A stretch of 64,000 nt of DNA from Bacillota bacterium. GTDB taxonomy: Bacteria; Armatimonadota; HRBIN16. The position numbers and the translations under genes are program-made. This document shows positions 18,381 through 27,035 of this stretch, in pieces. Each line of letters starts with the position of its first letter. Position 1 is the first letter of the stretch. Under the pieces are notes generated by a model that was not told where the DNA came from, did no database searches, and saw only the letters and a list, made by a program, of their open reading frames with translations. The stretch spans positions 185,093 through 249,092 of the forward strand of contig JAIMBJ010000003.1 in NCBI GenBank assembly GCA_023511455.1, in the 5' to 3' direction.

Positions 18381-20024
18381 TTATGGCTTAATGGAATCGA
18401 AATATCGCTTTACCGGCTGTCTGTACTCCGGCGGCACCGTTTCGCGTTGCAGTGCGCTCTCCGCCGCCCGCCGGTACTGGAGATACACCTCATAGCTGGG
18501 TACGCCACTGGAGACGGCATCGGGTGCTCCTCGTGTGACGAAAGCAGGCTGTTCGCCCGTTCCGGTGACAACACCCGGCACGTGTGTGGGCTTGCCCTCT
18601 TTCACGTTCAGGCGTGCCGTGTCCTTATCCTGTTGGGCGCGATACTCCAGCTTCTCCATTTTGGGACCGGCATGAGGGGCTCCTGGCCCGCCGCCGAACC
18701 GCTTCTCATAGGAGTTCTGCGCAACGGGCACACTGCCCAACTCCGACTTCAGCATCGCCAGCATCGCCGCCATCTCCGCCCACTGGCGTGCGTCTAATGC
18801 ACAAGCTCCAGCCTGTTGGCACGAACGGCACGCCTTGCCCATACACTGCTTTGCCTTTTCCAAATCGTCCAGGCGAAGATGTTTCAACGCCTCCAGCAGG
18901 TCTTTGGAAGCGGCGTCGAGGTTCGTGTCTTTTAAGGCTTTCGCCAGCTCGCGCAGCAGCTCTTCCAGCTTCTTGCGCTCCTCAGGCGAAAGACTGTTCC
19001 ACTGCTGGGCTATCTGCTGCAGTAGCTCGCCCAGCTTTTGGGCATCCTGCTGGGACAGCGCCAGTGCCATCTGCATCGCCATCTCGCTGGCGAATGGAGT
19101 GGTGGTTTTGTTCATAGCAGCGTTTTGCACAGAGGCAGGGGCGTTTTGCTCACCCTTCTGTTTCAGGGCAGCGGTTTGCAGACGTGCCCCCAACTCGCGC
19201 TCCAGTTTCGCCTGCTGGATTTGCTGTTGCACGCTGCGGGCGCTAAGAAACTCGTCGCGGGCTCGCTCCATGGGTTTGCCCGAGTGAGCTTGCGCCAGCC
19301 TGCGCTGTTGTTCTTCCGCCTCGCGTTGCAGGCGCGACATCTTGACCATCGCCTCGCGCTTGCTGAGCCGGGCGCGCTTCATCTGCTTGCTCAGCGCATC
19401 CAGCTGCGCGGCGAGCCTGCGCATTTTCTCCCTGTCCTGACCTGTCGCCTGCTTGCGCCACTCCTGAGCCAGTTGCTCGGCGCGTTCGCCCGCGGAGCGC
19501 AACGCCTGCTTCTCCTGACGGGTCTGCGGTGATTGAAACCATGCAAGGTCTGGTGCAAACCACAGGAACACGGCGACGGCCGTCATCGTCAGGGCAACCC
19601 AGAAGGTGCGAGGTAGGGGAATCCGCGCCAGTCGGCGGACGTCCAGGGTTTGGGCGCAATTCTCCGCATCCTGCAGTTGCAGCTGTTCCATTTCCTGCTG
19701 CAAGCCGCGCTGCGACAGCCATTGCGCAGTGGTGAGGCGTTCCTGCGTGTTCGCCTGCCGATCCAGCCACCGCGCGACCTGCTGTTGGTCTACCCGTCGC
19801 GTCGCGCCGTAGAGTAGTCCCGCGGCTGCGAGAGCCGCAACTGCGCTTGCAGGAACCCAGAGGCTAATGTCCCAGCGCATTGCCCACGATAGCGCAAGCA
19901 GGATACTGGCTAAGCCAGCGCCCAACAGCCATCCGAGGCACAGTGCGCGCAGTAGATAACCCACCTTCGCGCGGCGCGCCGTGCGTGAAAGCACCGATTG
20001 CAGCGTCGCGGTTGTGTCCGTCAA
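18381..20024 (-). CDS. Membrane-anchored coiled-coil protein, Gln/Ala/Glu/Arg-rich (hypothetical)
   Basis: TTG start. There are two N-terminal TM segments and a third hydrophobic segment, then long heptad-like Q/E/K/R stretches. No recognisable catalytic motif. Confidence 0.45.
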   Translation of the reverse strand: MTDTTATLQSVLSRTARRAKVGYLLRALCLGWLLGAGLASILLALSWAMRWDISLWVPASAVAALAAAGLLYGATRRVDQQQVARWLDRQANTQERLTTAQWLSQRGLQQEMEQLQLQDAENCAQTLDVRRLARIPLPRTFWVALTMTAVAVFLWFAPDLAWFQSPQTRQEKQALRSAGERAEQLAQEWRKQATGQDREKMRRLAAQLDALSKQMKRARLSKREAMVKMSRLQREAEEQQRRLAQAHSGKPMERARDEFLSARSVQQQIQQAKLERELGARLQTAALKQKGEQNAPASVQNAAMNKTTTPFASEMAMQMALALSQQDAQKLGELLQQIAQQWNSLSPEERKKLEELLRELAKALKDTNLDAASKDLLEALKHLRLDDLEKAKQCMGKACRSCQQAGACALDARQWAEMAAMLAMLKSELGSVPVAQNSYEKRFGGGPGAPHAGPKMEKLEYRAQQDKDTARLNVKEGKPTHVPGVVTGTGEQPAFVTRGAPDAVSSGVPSYEVYLQYRRAAESALQRETVPPEYRQPVKRYFDSIKP

Positions 20025-20111
20025 ACGGTATCGCCCCTTTCCCGTATGCTGGATTCAGTTTACATCTTGATAGGGAAGGAATGCAAGATGAGAGAGTGTG
20101 TTTTTGTCCTC

Positions 20112-21164
20112 TTATGCGAGCACGCGATACCGCAATAATCTTGCGATGCCCGGCAGCTCGCTGGCGCTGTATCGCGTTTTCTTCAGATACGCCTGCAGCA
20201 CGTCGCGATACATCGCCTGCGCCAGCGGCTTCGGCAACACACGGCACAACGCCAGCCACATCCCACCCGAGAAGGGCATGTATTCGCTGCCATCTTCTCG
20301 ACCCGAAACCTCGCCCGCGTAGGAGCCATCCTCACGCCGTACCTTGAGCAGCCACGTGTTGGCAAAGCGTTCCGCATCTGAACGGTTAAAGACGATGCCT
20401 TCCGCCACACACCGCACGGCGAAGTCTACGTTCAGGGCGGCGTGGGAGATGTCTTCGCTACCGCGCGCTTCGCCGTTCAGTTTATACCAGTATGCCCAGT
20501 CGTACACTCGCGGGTCGTCGGAGCGCAGGCGGTTGCGGAAAAAGCGGGCCAGCCGTTCTGCCTGCTCACGATAGCGTGGGTTGCCTGTTGCCCGCCACAT
20601 CTCGAGCAGCACGCTGCCCATCGCGTTCTGCTGGTTCAGCGGCAGAGCGTCATTGAATCGGGGACTGTAGTAGTATCCTTCGCCAGACCCTGGTCCGTTG
20701 CGCCAGTAAGGCTGTGTATCGCGGATGCACTCTTCGATGCGTTCCCGATACGCCTGCGCTGTCGCGCCAAACTCGCGGCGCAAGAACGGGTCGCGGTTCA
20801 CCAAACGCACGAACTCCGCCGGCGCCATGGTAATCATGCCCGTATGTACTATCCACACGTGCCATTCGCCCCTGGAGTATCTGGTGGAACCCCATCCTGC
20901 CAGCGGTTTGCCCGCGTGAACGTCGGCAACGCCCCGCACGTCGTCGCGGTTCTGCAACACGCGGTCGAAATGCTCTACCAGTTTGCGCAGGTAGAGACGG
21001 TCTCGCGTGGCGCGATACATCTCCATGTAAGCGAGTAAGATGTACGACTCTCCCCATGCCAGTTCACCGTTCTCGTTGAGCGACTCGGAGTAGCCTTTAC
21101 CGTTGTGGATGGCGTGGTCGCTTTCGTCAAACAGCTCGCGCAGCCTTCGTGCGTCTATGCCCAT
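20112..21164 (-). CDS. (alpha/alpha)6-barrel glycoside hydrolase or polysaccharide lyase-like protein (family uncertain)
   Basis: 350 aa. Trp/Tyr-rich repeats are typical of six-hairpin glycosidases. The start is set at ATG 21164, which has a GGAGG RBS 6 nt upstream. Confidence 0.35.
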   Translation of the reverse strand: MGIDARRLRELFDESDHAIHNGKGYSESLNENGELAWGESYILLAYMEMYRATRDRLYLRKLVEHFDRVLQNRDDVRGVADVHAGKPLAGWGSTRYSRGEWHVWIVHTGMITMAPAEFVRLVNRDPFLRREFGATAQAYRERIEECIRDTQPYWRNGPGSGEGYYYSPRFNDALPLNQQNAMGSVLLEMWRATGNPRYREQAERLARFFRNRLRSDDPRVYDWAYWYKLNGEARGSEDISHAALNVDFAVRCVAEGIVFNRSDAERFANTWLLKVRREDGSYAGEVSGREDGSEYMPFSGGMWLALCRVLPKPLAQAMYRDVLQAYLKKTRYSASELPGIARLLRYRVLA

Positions 21165-21269
21165 CCTTTGCCTCCTGCCTGTTTTCGCCAGTATAGCAGT
21201 CCAAAAGGCGGACGTCAACGAGAGGAATACTCTTGTATTTCACAGAAAATGTAGGTAGGGGTTACGCAT

Positions 21270-21440
21270 TTGAAAGACTTTTGTGAAGCTCGTGATATAA
21301 AGCGACATTCTCTGTCATTCTGAGCGAAGCGAAGAATCGCTGTTACGGCTCTGAGATGCTTCGCTGGCGCCCAGCATGACGGGACAATGTTTCCAGGGTC
21401 GCTGAAAAAGCATGGTCTGCTACGTGTTCATCGCAAGTGC
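21270..21440. repeat. Intergenic repeat element, copy A (copy B at 54560..54720)
   Basis: It shares aaagcg.cat…tcattct(g/a)agcg(a/c)agcgaagaatc … tcgctg…gctgaaaaagcatg…ttcatc…gcgt.actcctg with copy B at roughly 75% identity over about 150 nt. An internal inverted repeat is agcgaag/cttcgct. Confidence 0.45.
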
Positions 21441-21489
21441 GTAACTCCTGGCCGGATTCCGATGATAGGTACGCGACGAGAGGTGCAGC

Positions 21490-22608
21490 ATGACCCATAA
21501 AGAGCGACTGCTGGCGGTGTTCCGGGGCGAGCGTCCTGACGTGATGCCCTGGTATGCCGACCTGACCTACTGGTATAACGCGGAGATGATAAAGGGCACC
21601 CTGCCGGAGAAATACCGCGGGGACGGCGTGGTGCAACTCTATAAAGACCTGAACACGGGCGCGCACGAGCACCTGCTCAACTGCCCCTGGCGCGCGCAAT
21701 ACGAGGATGTGCAGGTAAAGGTAGAGGAAGAGCGCGACGCCGATGGTAAACCCGTTCGCACACGCACCACATGGGTGACGCCGGTGGGGACTATCTCGCA
21801 GGTGCAGGAGTTTGAGCCGAACTCCTACTGCTGGGCATACCGGGAGTATCCCGTGAAGACGCCCAACGACCTGAAGGTGCTGCGCTTCATCTTCCAGCAC
21901 ACCCATCTGACGCCCGATTACACCGAGCAGCACCGTATCATCGACCTGTTTGGCGACTGGGGTGTAGCAGCTTCGATGCCCAACCGTACCCCGATGGCGA
22001 ACCTGTTTGTCATCTGGATGGGGGTTACCAATGCGGTTTACGCCCTTGCAGACGCGCCGGAGGAGATAGAGGAGACCATTGAGGTGATGTCTGCTGCTGA
22101 GGACCAGATGTACGAGATTATCTGCAACGCGCCTGCGCCGCTGGTGTACTTCCCCGATAACATCACGGGGGAGGTGGTCAGCCCTCGCATCTTCCAGAAG
22201 TACTACGCGCCCTACTACCGCAAGCGCGCGGAGCAGCTGCACCGGGCGGGCAAATATATCTTCGTGCATATCGACGGCACTTTCAAGAACCTGCTGCCAT
22301 ACGTGGGACCGACGGGAGTAGACTGCGCGCAGTCGCTGACACCTGCGCCCGTAGGGGATGTGCCGCTGGAGGACTTCCGCCAGCTGGCGGGACCTGACCT
22401 GATTTTGTGGGGGGGAGTACCTGCTGCCTACTTCAGCCCGCTGTATAGCGAGCAGACCCTGCGCGACATCGTGCTGAAAGCGATACGACTGTACAAAGCC
22501 GACCCGCGTTTCATGCTGTGCGTGTGCGACCAGGTGCCACCCGATGGCATTATCGAGCGGGTGCGCCTGGTGAGCAACCTGGTGGAAGAGTACGGGCGCA
22601 TTGAGTGA
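21490..22608 (+). CDS. Uroporphyrinogen decarboxylase (URO-D) family protein, second paralog
   Basis: 372 aa. URO-D-like fold (…HIDGTFKNLLPYVGPTGVDCAQSLTPAP…). Confidence 0.65.
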   Translation: MTHKERLLAVFRGERPDVMPWYADLTYWYNAEMIKGTLPEKYRGDGVVQLYKDLNTGAHEHLLNCPWRAQYEDVQVKVEEERDADGKPVRTRTTWVTPVGTISQVQEFEPNSYCWAYREYPVKTPNDLKVLRFIFQHTHLTPDYTEQHRIIDLFGDWGVAASMPNRTPMANLFVIWMGVTNAVYALADAPEEIEETIEVMSAAEDQMYEIICNAPAPLVYFPDNITGEVVSPRIFQKYYAPYYRKRAEQLHRAGKYIFVHIDGTFKNLLPYVGPTGVDCAQSLTPAPVGDVPLEDFRQLAGPDLILWGGVPAAYFSPLYSEQTLRDIVLKAIRLYKADPRFMLCVCDQVPPDGIIERVRLVSNLVEEYGRIE

Positions 22609-22611
22609 GCG

Positions 22612-23661
22612 TCACGCCGCGAGCAACTCCACCACCTTGTGCGCAATCTGGGGCAGGGGAAGCACGAACTCCGCCCCGCCGAGATGGATTGCCTCGCGCG
22701 GCATCCCGAAGACCACGCAGGTCTCTTCGTCCTGAGCAATGGTATGCGCCCCGGCGTCGCGCAGCTTTTTCAGACCACGTGCCCCATCCGCGCCCATGCC
22801 GGTCAGCAGCACGGCGACCGTCGCCGCACCGCTTGCCTGCAGCACCGAGTCGAACAGCGCATCCACCGACGGGCGGTGGCGATTGACAGGTTCGGTCTGC
22901 ACCACTCTGGCGCGGAACTGCGAGCCGTTGGTGGTTACCTGTAAGTGATAGTCGCCGGGAGCCACATAAGCGTGCCCCGACTGAAGGGTATCGCCGTCTT
23001 CCGCTTCTTTGACGCGCACGGTGCACAGTTTGTCCAGCCGCTCGGCGAAGGAGCGGGTAAACACCGGAGGCATGTGTTGCACGATGACAATAGGCGGAAC
23101 CTCCACAGGCAAGCCCTGCAGCACCTGCCGGATGGCTTCGGGACCTCCCGTCGATGCGCCGATGGCAATCAAACGGCTTGCCGCAGTGCCCCGCTGCGCA
23201 GGCGTCCTGGCTAGCGGTATCGGCGTGACGTGCGCAGCTGAGGGACGCACGCGGGCGCGCGCCGCCGCCTTTACCTTAGACGTTATTTCATGCGATAACG
23301 CTGCCATGCCGGTGAAGACGCTTTGCGTCGGCTTGGCAATGAAGTCCACCGCGCCCAGTTCCAGCGCCTTTAACGTGACCTCGCTGCCCTCGCGTGTGAG
23401 TGTGGAAATCATCACCACCGGCATGGGGTGCGAGCGCATGAGCTTCTGCAGGAAGGTGATGCCATCCATGCGCGGCATCTCCACATCCAGCGTCAGCACA
23501 TCGGGTTTCAGCTGCACAATTTTATCATAGCCTTCAATGGGGTCGCTGGCAGTGCCGACGACCTCTATCTCTCCATCCCGCGCGAAAATATCCTTCAGTA
23601 ATTGACGGATGACCACCGAGTCGTCGATAATCAAAACCCGCACCGGGCGATGCTCATCCAT
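22612..23661 (-). CDS. cheB: Chemotaxis response regulator protein-glutamate methylesterase CheB (orphan)
   Basis: N-terminal receiver domain (VLIIDDSVVIRQLL…LDVEMPRMDG) and C-terminal methylesterase domain (IAIGASTGGPEA…). An AGGAGGA RBS is present. No other che genes are in the window. Confidence 0.85.
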   Translation of the reverse strand: MDEHRPVRVLIIDDSVVIRQLLKDIFARDGEIEVVGTASDPIEGYDKIVQLKPDVLTLDVEMPRMDGITFLQKLMRSHPMPVVMISTLTREGSEVTLKALELGAVDFIAKPTQSVFTGMAALSHEITSKVKAAARARVRPSAAHVTPIPLARTPAQRGTAASRLIAIGASTGGPEAIRQVLQGLPVEVPPIVIVQHMPPVFTRSFAERLDKLCTVRVKEAEDGDTLQSGHAYVAPGDYHLQVTTNGSQFRARVVQTEPVNRHRPSVDALFDSVLQASGAATVAVLLTGMGADGARGLKKLRDAGAHTIAQDEETCVVFGMPREAIHLGGAEFVLPLPQIAHKVVELLAA

Positions 23662-23813
23662 AGACGTTTCCTCCTGAGGGTGTTTACCGTCGAGAATTAT
23701 CGGCAGTGAGGCAGGTCAGGGTGAAGGGGGAAATAGGGTGCGGCGACTGATAGACCGTTCCTTAAAGATTTTGCATCTGGAGGTGCGTCGAGAGTGAGGC
23801 ATCGTGGTACGCT

Positions 23814-24644
23814 TCAAAAACCGAAAGCCAGATTGTCCAGAATGTATTTTGCCCGCGCCTCGCCAACCTCCTGATAGATTTCCAGCAGCTCTTCGTACAC
23901 ACCTTCTGTGCCCACCAGACTCCAGAACTCGTTGCCAATGAGTACTGCATCATCAAAAGGCATATAGTTTCTGGCGTATGTCCAGCGGTACTCTTCCCGA
24001 GTGCTTCCGTATGGATTGTATGCCATTGCGAAGTATGCAGATACCTGCGGAGCACGGTTCCCTGTCAGCAGATGTATTCGCAGTAGCCTCTGGGTAACCT
24101 CGAGGCATTGTCCCTTATTCGGCATCGGTGATTTAATTTCAAAGAACATTTGTGATCCGTCGTGCCGCTGCACCCACAGGTCGGCGACAACCTGCAGAGG
24201 TATCAGGTCATCCTGACGCTGTGACGCCAGTACGGTGTCCACCATGCCGTCCATCCGTGGTCGTTCTGAGGAAGCGTGTTCGAAAAGGCCTACCTGCTGC
24301 TCTATGGCTTGCAGGGAAGACTGGCTCACCTTGCCCTTGACGCGATGCCCCCGGCGTGCGTCCTTGTGAAATTGTAAAGCAATAAGACGAGCGCACTCCT
24401 CGAAAGTGGAGCCAAGTCGTGTGCTGAAACTGCGCTCAAACGCGCTGAGGCGTATGAGTTCGGCAGGTATGATCGCCTGATGAAACGGCTTCAATCTTCC
24501 CTCTGCCGACTGTTGTCTCAGATACTCGCGTACTGCTATCGAGGACGGCAGGAGTCGCTGCCGAGTCTCGTCCACCACATTAGTGATGAACGCCTCTAAG
24601 TAGCCCTGTATCCGGGCACGGGTTGTATCAGTGAGGACAGCCAT
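23814..24644 (-). CDS. Putative type II restriction endonuclease (family not recognised)
   Basis: 276 aa. It starts 3 nt after the stop of the upstream DNA methyltransferase (TAAcagATG). GC is about 50% against about 65% in the flanks. It matches no housekeeping family I recognise. Confidence 0.4.
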   Translation of the reverse strand: MAVLTDTTRARIQGYLEAFITNVVDETRQRLLPSSIAVREYLRQQSAEGRLKPFHQAIIPAELIRLSAFERSFSTRLGSTFEECARLIALQFHKDARRGHRVKGKVSQSSLQAIEQQVGLFEHASSERPRMDGMVDTVLASQRQDDLIPLQVVADLWVQRHDGSQMFFEIKSPMPNKGQCLEVTQRLLRIHLLTGNRAPQVSAYFAMAYNPYGSTREEYRWTYARNYMPFDDAVLIGNEFWSLVGTEGVYEELLEIYQEVGEARAKYILDNLAFGF

Positions 24645-24647
24645 CTG

Positions 24648-25856
24648 TTATGGGCTACGCCAGATAAAGATGGACTCGTAGAACTCGCTGGAGCGCCTTC
24701 CTGTTCGGCGGTTCACGTGCCGATGTAACACCGCTTCTACTCGCACCCCGACCATCTCCGCAATGCGACCATAAAGGTTATGTCGATCGTTTGCCACCAC
24801 AACGAGCGGCGCTCCTGATGGGGTACATTTTAGGATGCGCTGAAAAACCGTTGCGATATCCTGAACGTACTGCTGCCTTGCCTTTTCGGACGCCCCGTTT
24901 GCCGCGGCGCCAATCTCGCAGTCGCGCAGGTCGCGCAGCCCGAGCAGGTGATAGGCATAGGCGTGCTGTTCATGATAGTCAATCAATCCCACATAGGGGG
25001 GACTGGTAATTACTCCGTCTACAGGAGGAAACTGTGCCGTACGGCTATCCGCGTGGGAGATGACCACTTCCGCATCGGTGCGTACCAGGGCGTATTGCCG
25101 AACACGGTGGATCGTATCGATACTATACCGTTTGAGAAACTTAAAGGCTTCGAGGGTGGGCTCACAGACGCGACGATGCTTGTGACACCAGTAGGGAGCC
25201 GTCACTGGCTGCTTCGGAAAGTCCAGGTCATAATGCGTGGTGAGCCTTGCGGAGCGTGCTGAGCGCGACAGAATAACGTATAACAAATCTTTATATTCAT
25301 AGTCGCCCTGCTTTACAATATCACGATAGGTTAACAGCTCACGAAGTGCCTGCGGGGCGTACCACCGTTGGAGGTATTCACTGGTGGAAAACCCGTCCGT
25401 GTCGTAGATAGTGTCCTGCTGTTCCATCATCAAGGAAAGCTGGGTTGCATCCTGGGAACATGTTCGGCGATGTACTTTCTCGAGCACGTCCAGCACTTCC
25501 TTTTGCATCTGTTCGAGATGGTATCGGGTGGTTTTTGCCCGGCAGAGCATGACATTAAACGCGGAAACGTCGTAACCAACAGCATGGATACCCAGCTCAT
25601 TCGCCTGCACGAGAGTGGTACCCGAGCCGCAAAAAGGGTCCATCACAGTTTGTCCCGCACGGAAGAACTTCCGCAGAAACACTTCCACCAGCTGGGGGAT
25701 AAACTTTCCCAGATAGGGATGCAAGCGGTGCACGTGCTTGGTGCGGAGATGCTCCGGCAGGTCGCGTTCCCGCCAGTTCAAGTTGAGTGTTTCCAGCGGG
25801 GTTTCTGGCGTTACCGTCTCCGGACGAGTTGGCTCCGTATCCATCTGATGAATCAC
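24648..25856 (-). CDS. DNA amino-methyltransferase (N6-adenine or N4-cytosine, alpha class)
   Basis: AdoMet motif I DPFCGSGTT near the N-terminus and catalytic motif IV SPPY near the C-terminus. The order I-TRD-IV indicates alpha class. GC is low. Confidence 0.8.
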   Translation of the reverse strand: MIHQMDTEPTRPETVTPETPLETLNLNWRERDLPEHLRTKHVHRLHPYLGKFIPQLVEVFLRKFFRAGQTVMDPFCGSGTTLVQANELGIHAVGYDVSAFNVMLCRAKTTRYHLEQMQKEVLDVLEKVHRRTCSQDATQLSLMMEQQDTIYDTDGFSTSEYLQRWYAPQALRELLTYRDIVKQGDYEYKDLLYVILSRSARSARLTTHYDLDFPKQPVTAPYWCHKHRRVCEPTLEAFKFLKRYSIDTIHRVRQYALVRTDAEVVISHADSRTAQFPPVDGVITSPPYVGLIDYHEQHAYAYHLLGLRDLRDCEIGAAANGASEKARQQYVQDIATVFQRILKCTPSGAPLVVVANDRHNLYGRIAEMVGVRVEAVLHRHVNRRTGRRSSEFYESIFIWRSP

Positions 25857-26081
25857 GCTTTAGTTTCTCCTCGTTGGCAAAAACTTCTCCTTCCTCTGAT
25901 ATTGTAACACACGAGGGTTCACCGTAACGCACACCAAGTTCTTCCGCCATCCACACACCGAGTAGAGCAGCATGGTTCGGCAGCGAACGCCTTCCTCTGG
26001 CTTCTGGTGCGTCATACGGGCTCGACCGTTTGTGCTGACGACGCTCGCCCGGGTCAGGTAGACATGCGTCACGGCTAATAC

Positions 26082-26186
26082 TTACGAGTTCCGCTCGATG
26101 GTACTGCACGCGAACTGTGAGAACGGTCCGCTGGTACACTTGCCGCAGGCGAGGGCGGTAGTCTCGAAAATGGTTTCGGTCATCAT
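26082..26186 (-). CDS. Speculative 34-aa Cys-containing small ORF (MMTETIFETTALACGKCTSGPFSQFACSTIERNS)
   Basis: Found by hand translation of the 400-bp gap downstream of the PqqD-like gene. It is co-directional with the operon. There is no convincing RBS, so it may be a chance ORF. Confidence 0.15.
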   Translation of the reverse strand: MMTETIFETTALACGKCTSGPFSQFACSTIERNS

Positions 26187-26256
26187 CTGCGGTTTTTGAT
26201 AAGCTTTGCGCGCTTTTCGGGAAGGCTGCTCTGTCTGTTTGCCATGCTGTTCCATG

Positions 26257-26604
26257 CTAGGTCACCCCCATTGCTTCTATTTCGTCTTCTGAGGTTGGGC
26301 GGTCCGACAGGAAAGCGATGCCCTTTTCGACCATTTCTTGCGCAAATGCCAGTACGTCGGGTAATGCCTCTTCGGGCGCGATTTCGTATGTTTGGCTCAG
26401 CTCCTGCGTGATCTGCCTCAGCGTGCGGCTGCCGTCCGCCATGCGCCAAATTTCGGTAGCCACCTCGTTCAGGTTGTGCAGCTCGCGCTCCTGCGGTGAG
26501 ATGACCACTGCCTCTCCCTCGATGATACGCCACGCCAGAAACGGCGAGCGCACCAGGTAGTGCTCTGGCGTCACATTCGGTGTCGTCTCTGCCTGCGGCT
26601 CCAT
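26257..26604 (-). CDS. PqqD-family protein (RiPP recognition element-like peptide-binding domain)
   Basis: TPEHYLVRSPFLAWRIIEGEAVVISPQERELHNLNEVATEIWRMADGSRTLRQITQELSQTYEIAPEEALPDVLAFAQEMVEKGIAFL matches the PqqD/RRE pattern (…LN.tg..iW.l.DG.rt..eI…dv..f…L). The start is assigned to MEPQAE. The longer tracker ORF is a GC-driven extension. Confidence 0.6.
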   Translation of the reverse strand: MEPQAETTPNVTPEHYLVRSPFLAWRIIEGEAVVISPQERELHNLNEVATEIWRMADGSRTLRQITQELSQTYEIAPEEALPDVLAFAQEMVEKGIAFLSDRPTSEDEIEAMGVT

Positions 26605-27035
26605 CTCCACACCTTTCGCAATCCGTGCATCACCTGGGGCATCCGTGTCTGCAGCAGTCCATAGAGCCACCATTTCCCACTGTACGGCGAGAACCGCTTG
26701 TTGCCTCGCCATACCGTGCGCACCGAACCCAGAACCTGTTCGCGCAGTACCTTTTCTTCGTCCTGCAGGGTGTCGCCGCGCAGGGTGATATGCCCGTTCT
26801 CTACGGACACCACGCGGTGGCAGCGCACTCCCCAGGGCGTGTTGACAAGTACAATCATGCCCGGCTTTATCTCCAGCGAAGGCGTAATTTCCAGCACATC
26901 CCCTCCCTGAACCACGGGCGACATGCTTTCGCCCTGTGCCTTCAGCCATACGGTTTCGCCTGTCTGGAGACGTGCTATCAGCTGAACGGTCTCCTCGCTC
27001 AACGGGCGGAATTCGGTTTCCGAGCCTTTCGCCAT
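26571..27035 (-). CDS. Soluble S24/S26-family serine peptidase (LexA/signal-peptidase-I-like fold)
   Basis: AQGESMSPVVQGGDVLEI…KPGMIVLVNTPWGVRCHRVVSVENGHITLRGDTL shows the Ser/Lys-dyad fold. There is no TM helix. Its 3' end overlaps the PqqD start. Confidence 0.55.
   Translation of the reverse strand: MAKGSETEFRPLSEETVQLIARLQTGETVWLKAQGESMSPVVQGGDVLEITPSLEIKPGMIVLVNTPWGVRCHRVVSVENGHITLRGDTLQDEEKVLREQVLGSVRTVWRGNKRFSPYSGKWWLYGLLQTRMPQVMHGLRKVWRWSRRQRRHRM

Noticed and set aside
21310-21340. Interpreting the tcattctgagcgaagcgaagaatc motif as part of a known RNA family (RNase P, tmRNA, SRP, hammerhead)
   Set aside because: No match to the conserved cores of those RNAs could be made by eye. It is reported only as an unclassified repeat.
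23662-23813. Possible attachment-site direct repeat of the tRNA-Leu 3' end near the R-M cassette
   Set aside because: Only a weak partial resemblance (gtgcggcgactg against gtgccgacgggg). This is insufficient to claim an att site.
25860-26072. 70-aa minus-strand ORF in the gap downstream of PqqD
   Set aside because: It has a GTG start with no RBS and overlaps the methyltransferase promoter and RBS region. The 34-aa ATG-initiated ORF is the more plausible of the two, and even that is weak.
26257-26949. 230-aa tracker ORF upstream of the PqqD domain, together with the 26183..26533 alternative frame
   Set aside because: Only the C-terminal roughly 95 residues look like PqqD. The N-terminal 115 aa are Gly/Arg/Ala low-complexity sequence and overlap the peptidase gene. 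I shortened the gene to the MEPQAE start. The 26183..26533 frame is a shadow of the PqqD gene.
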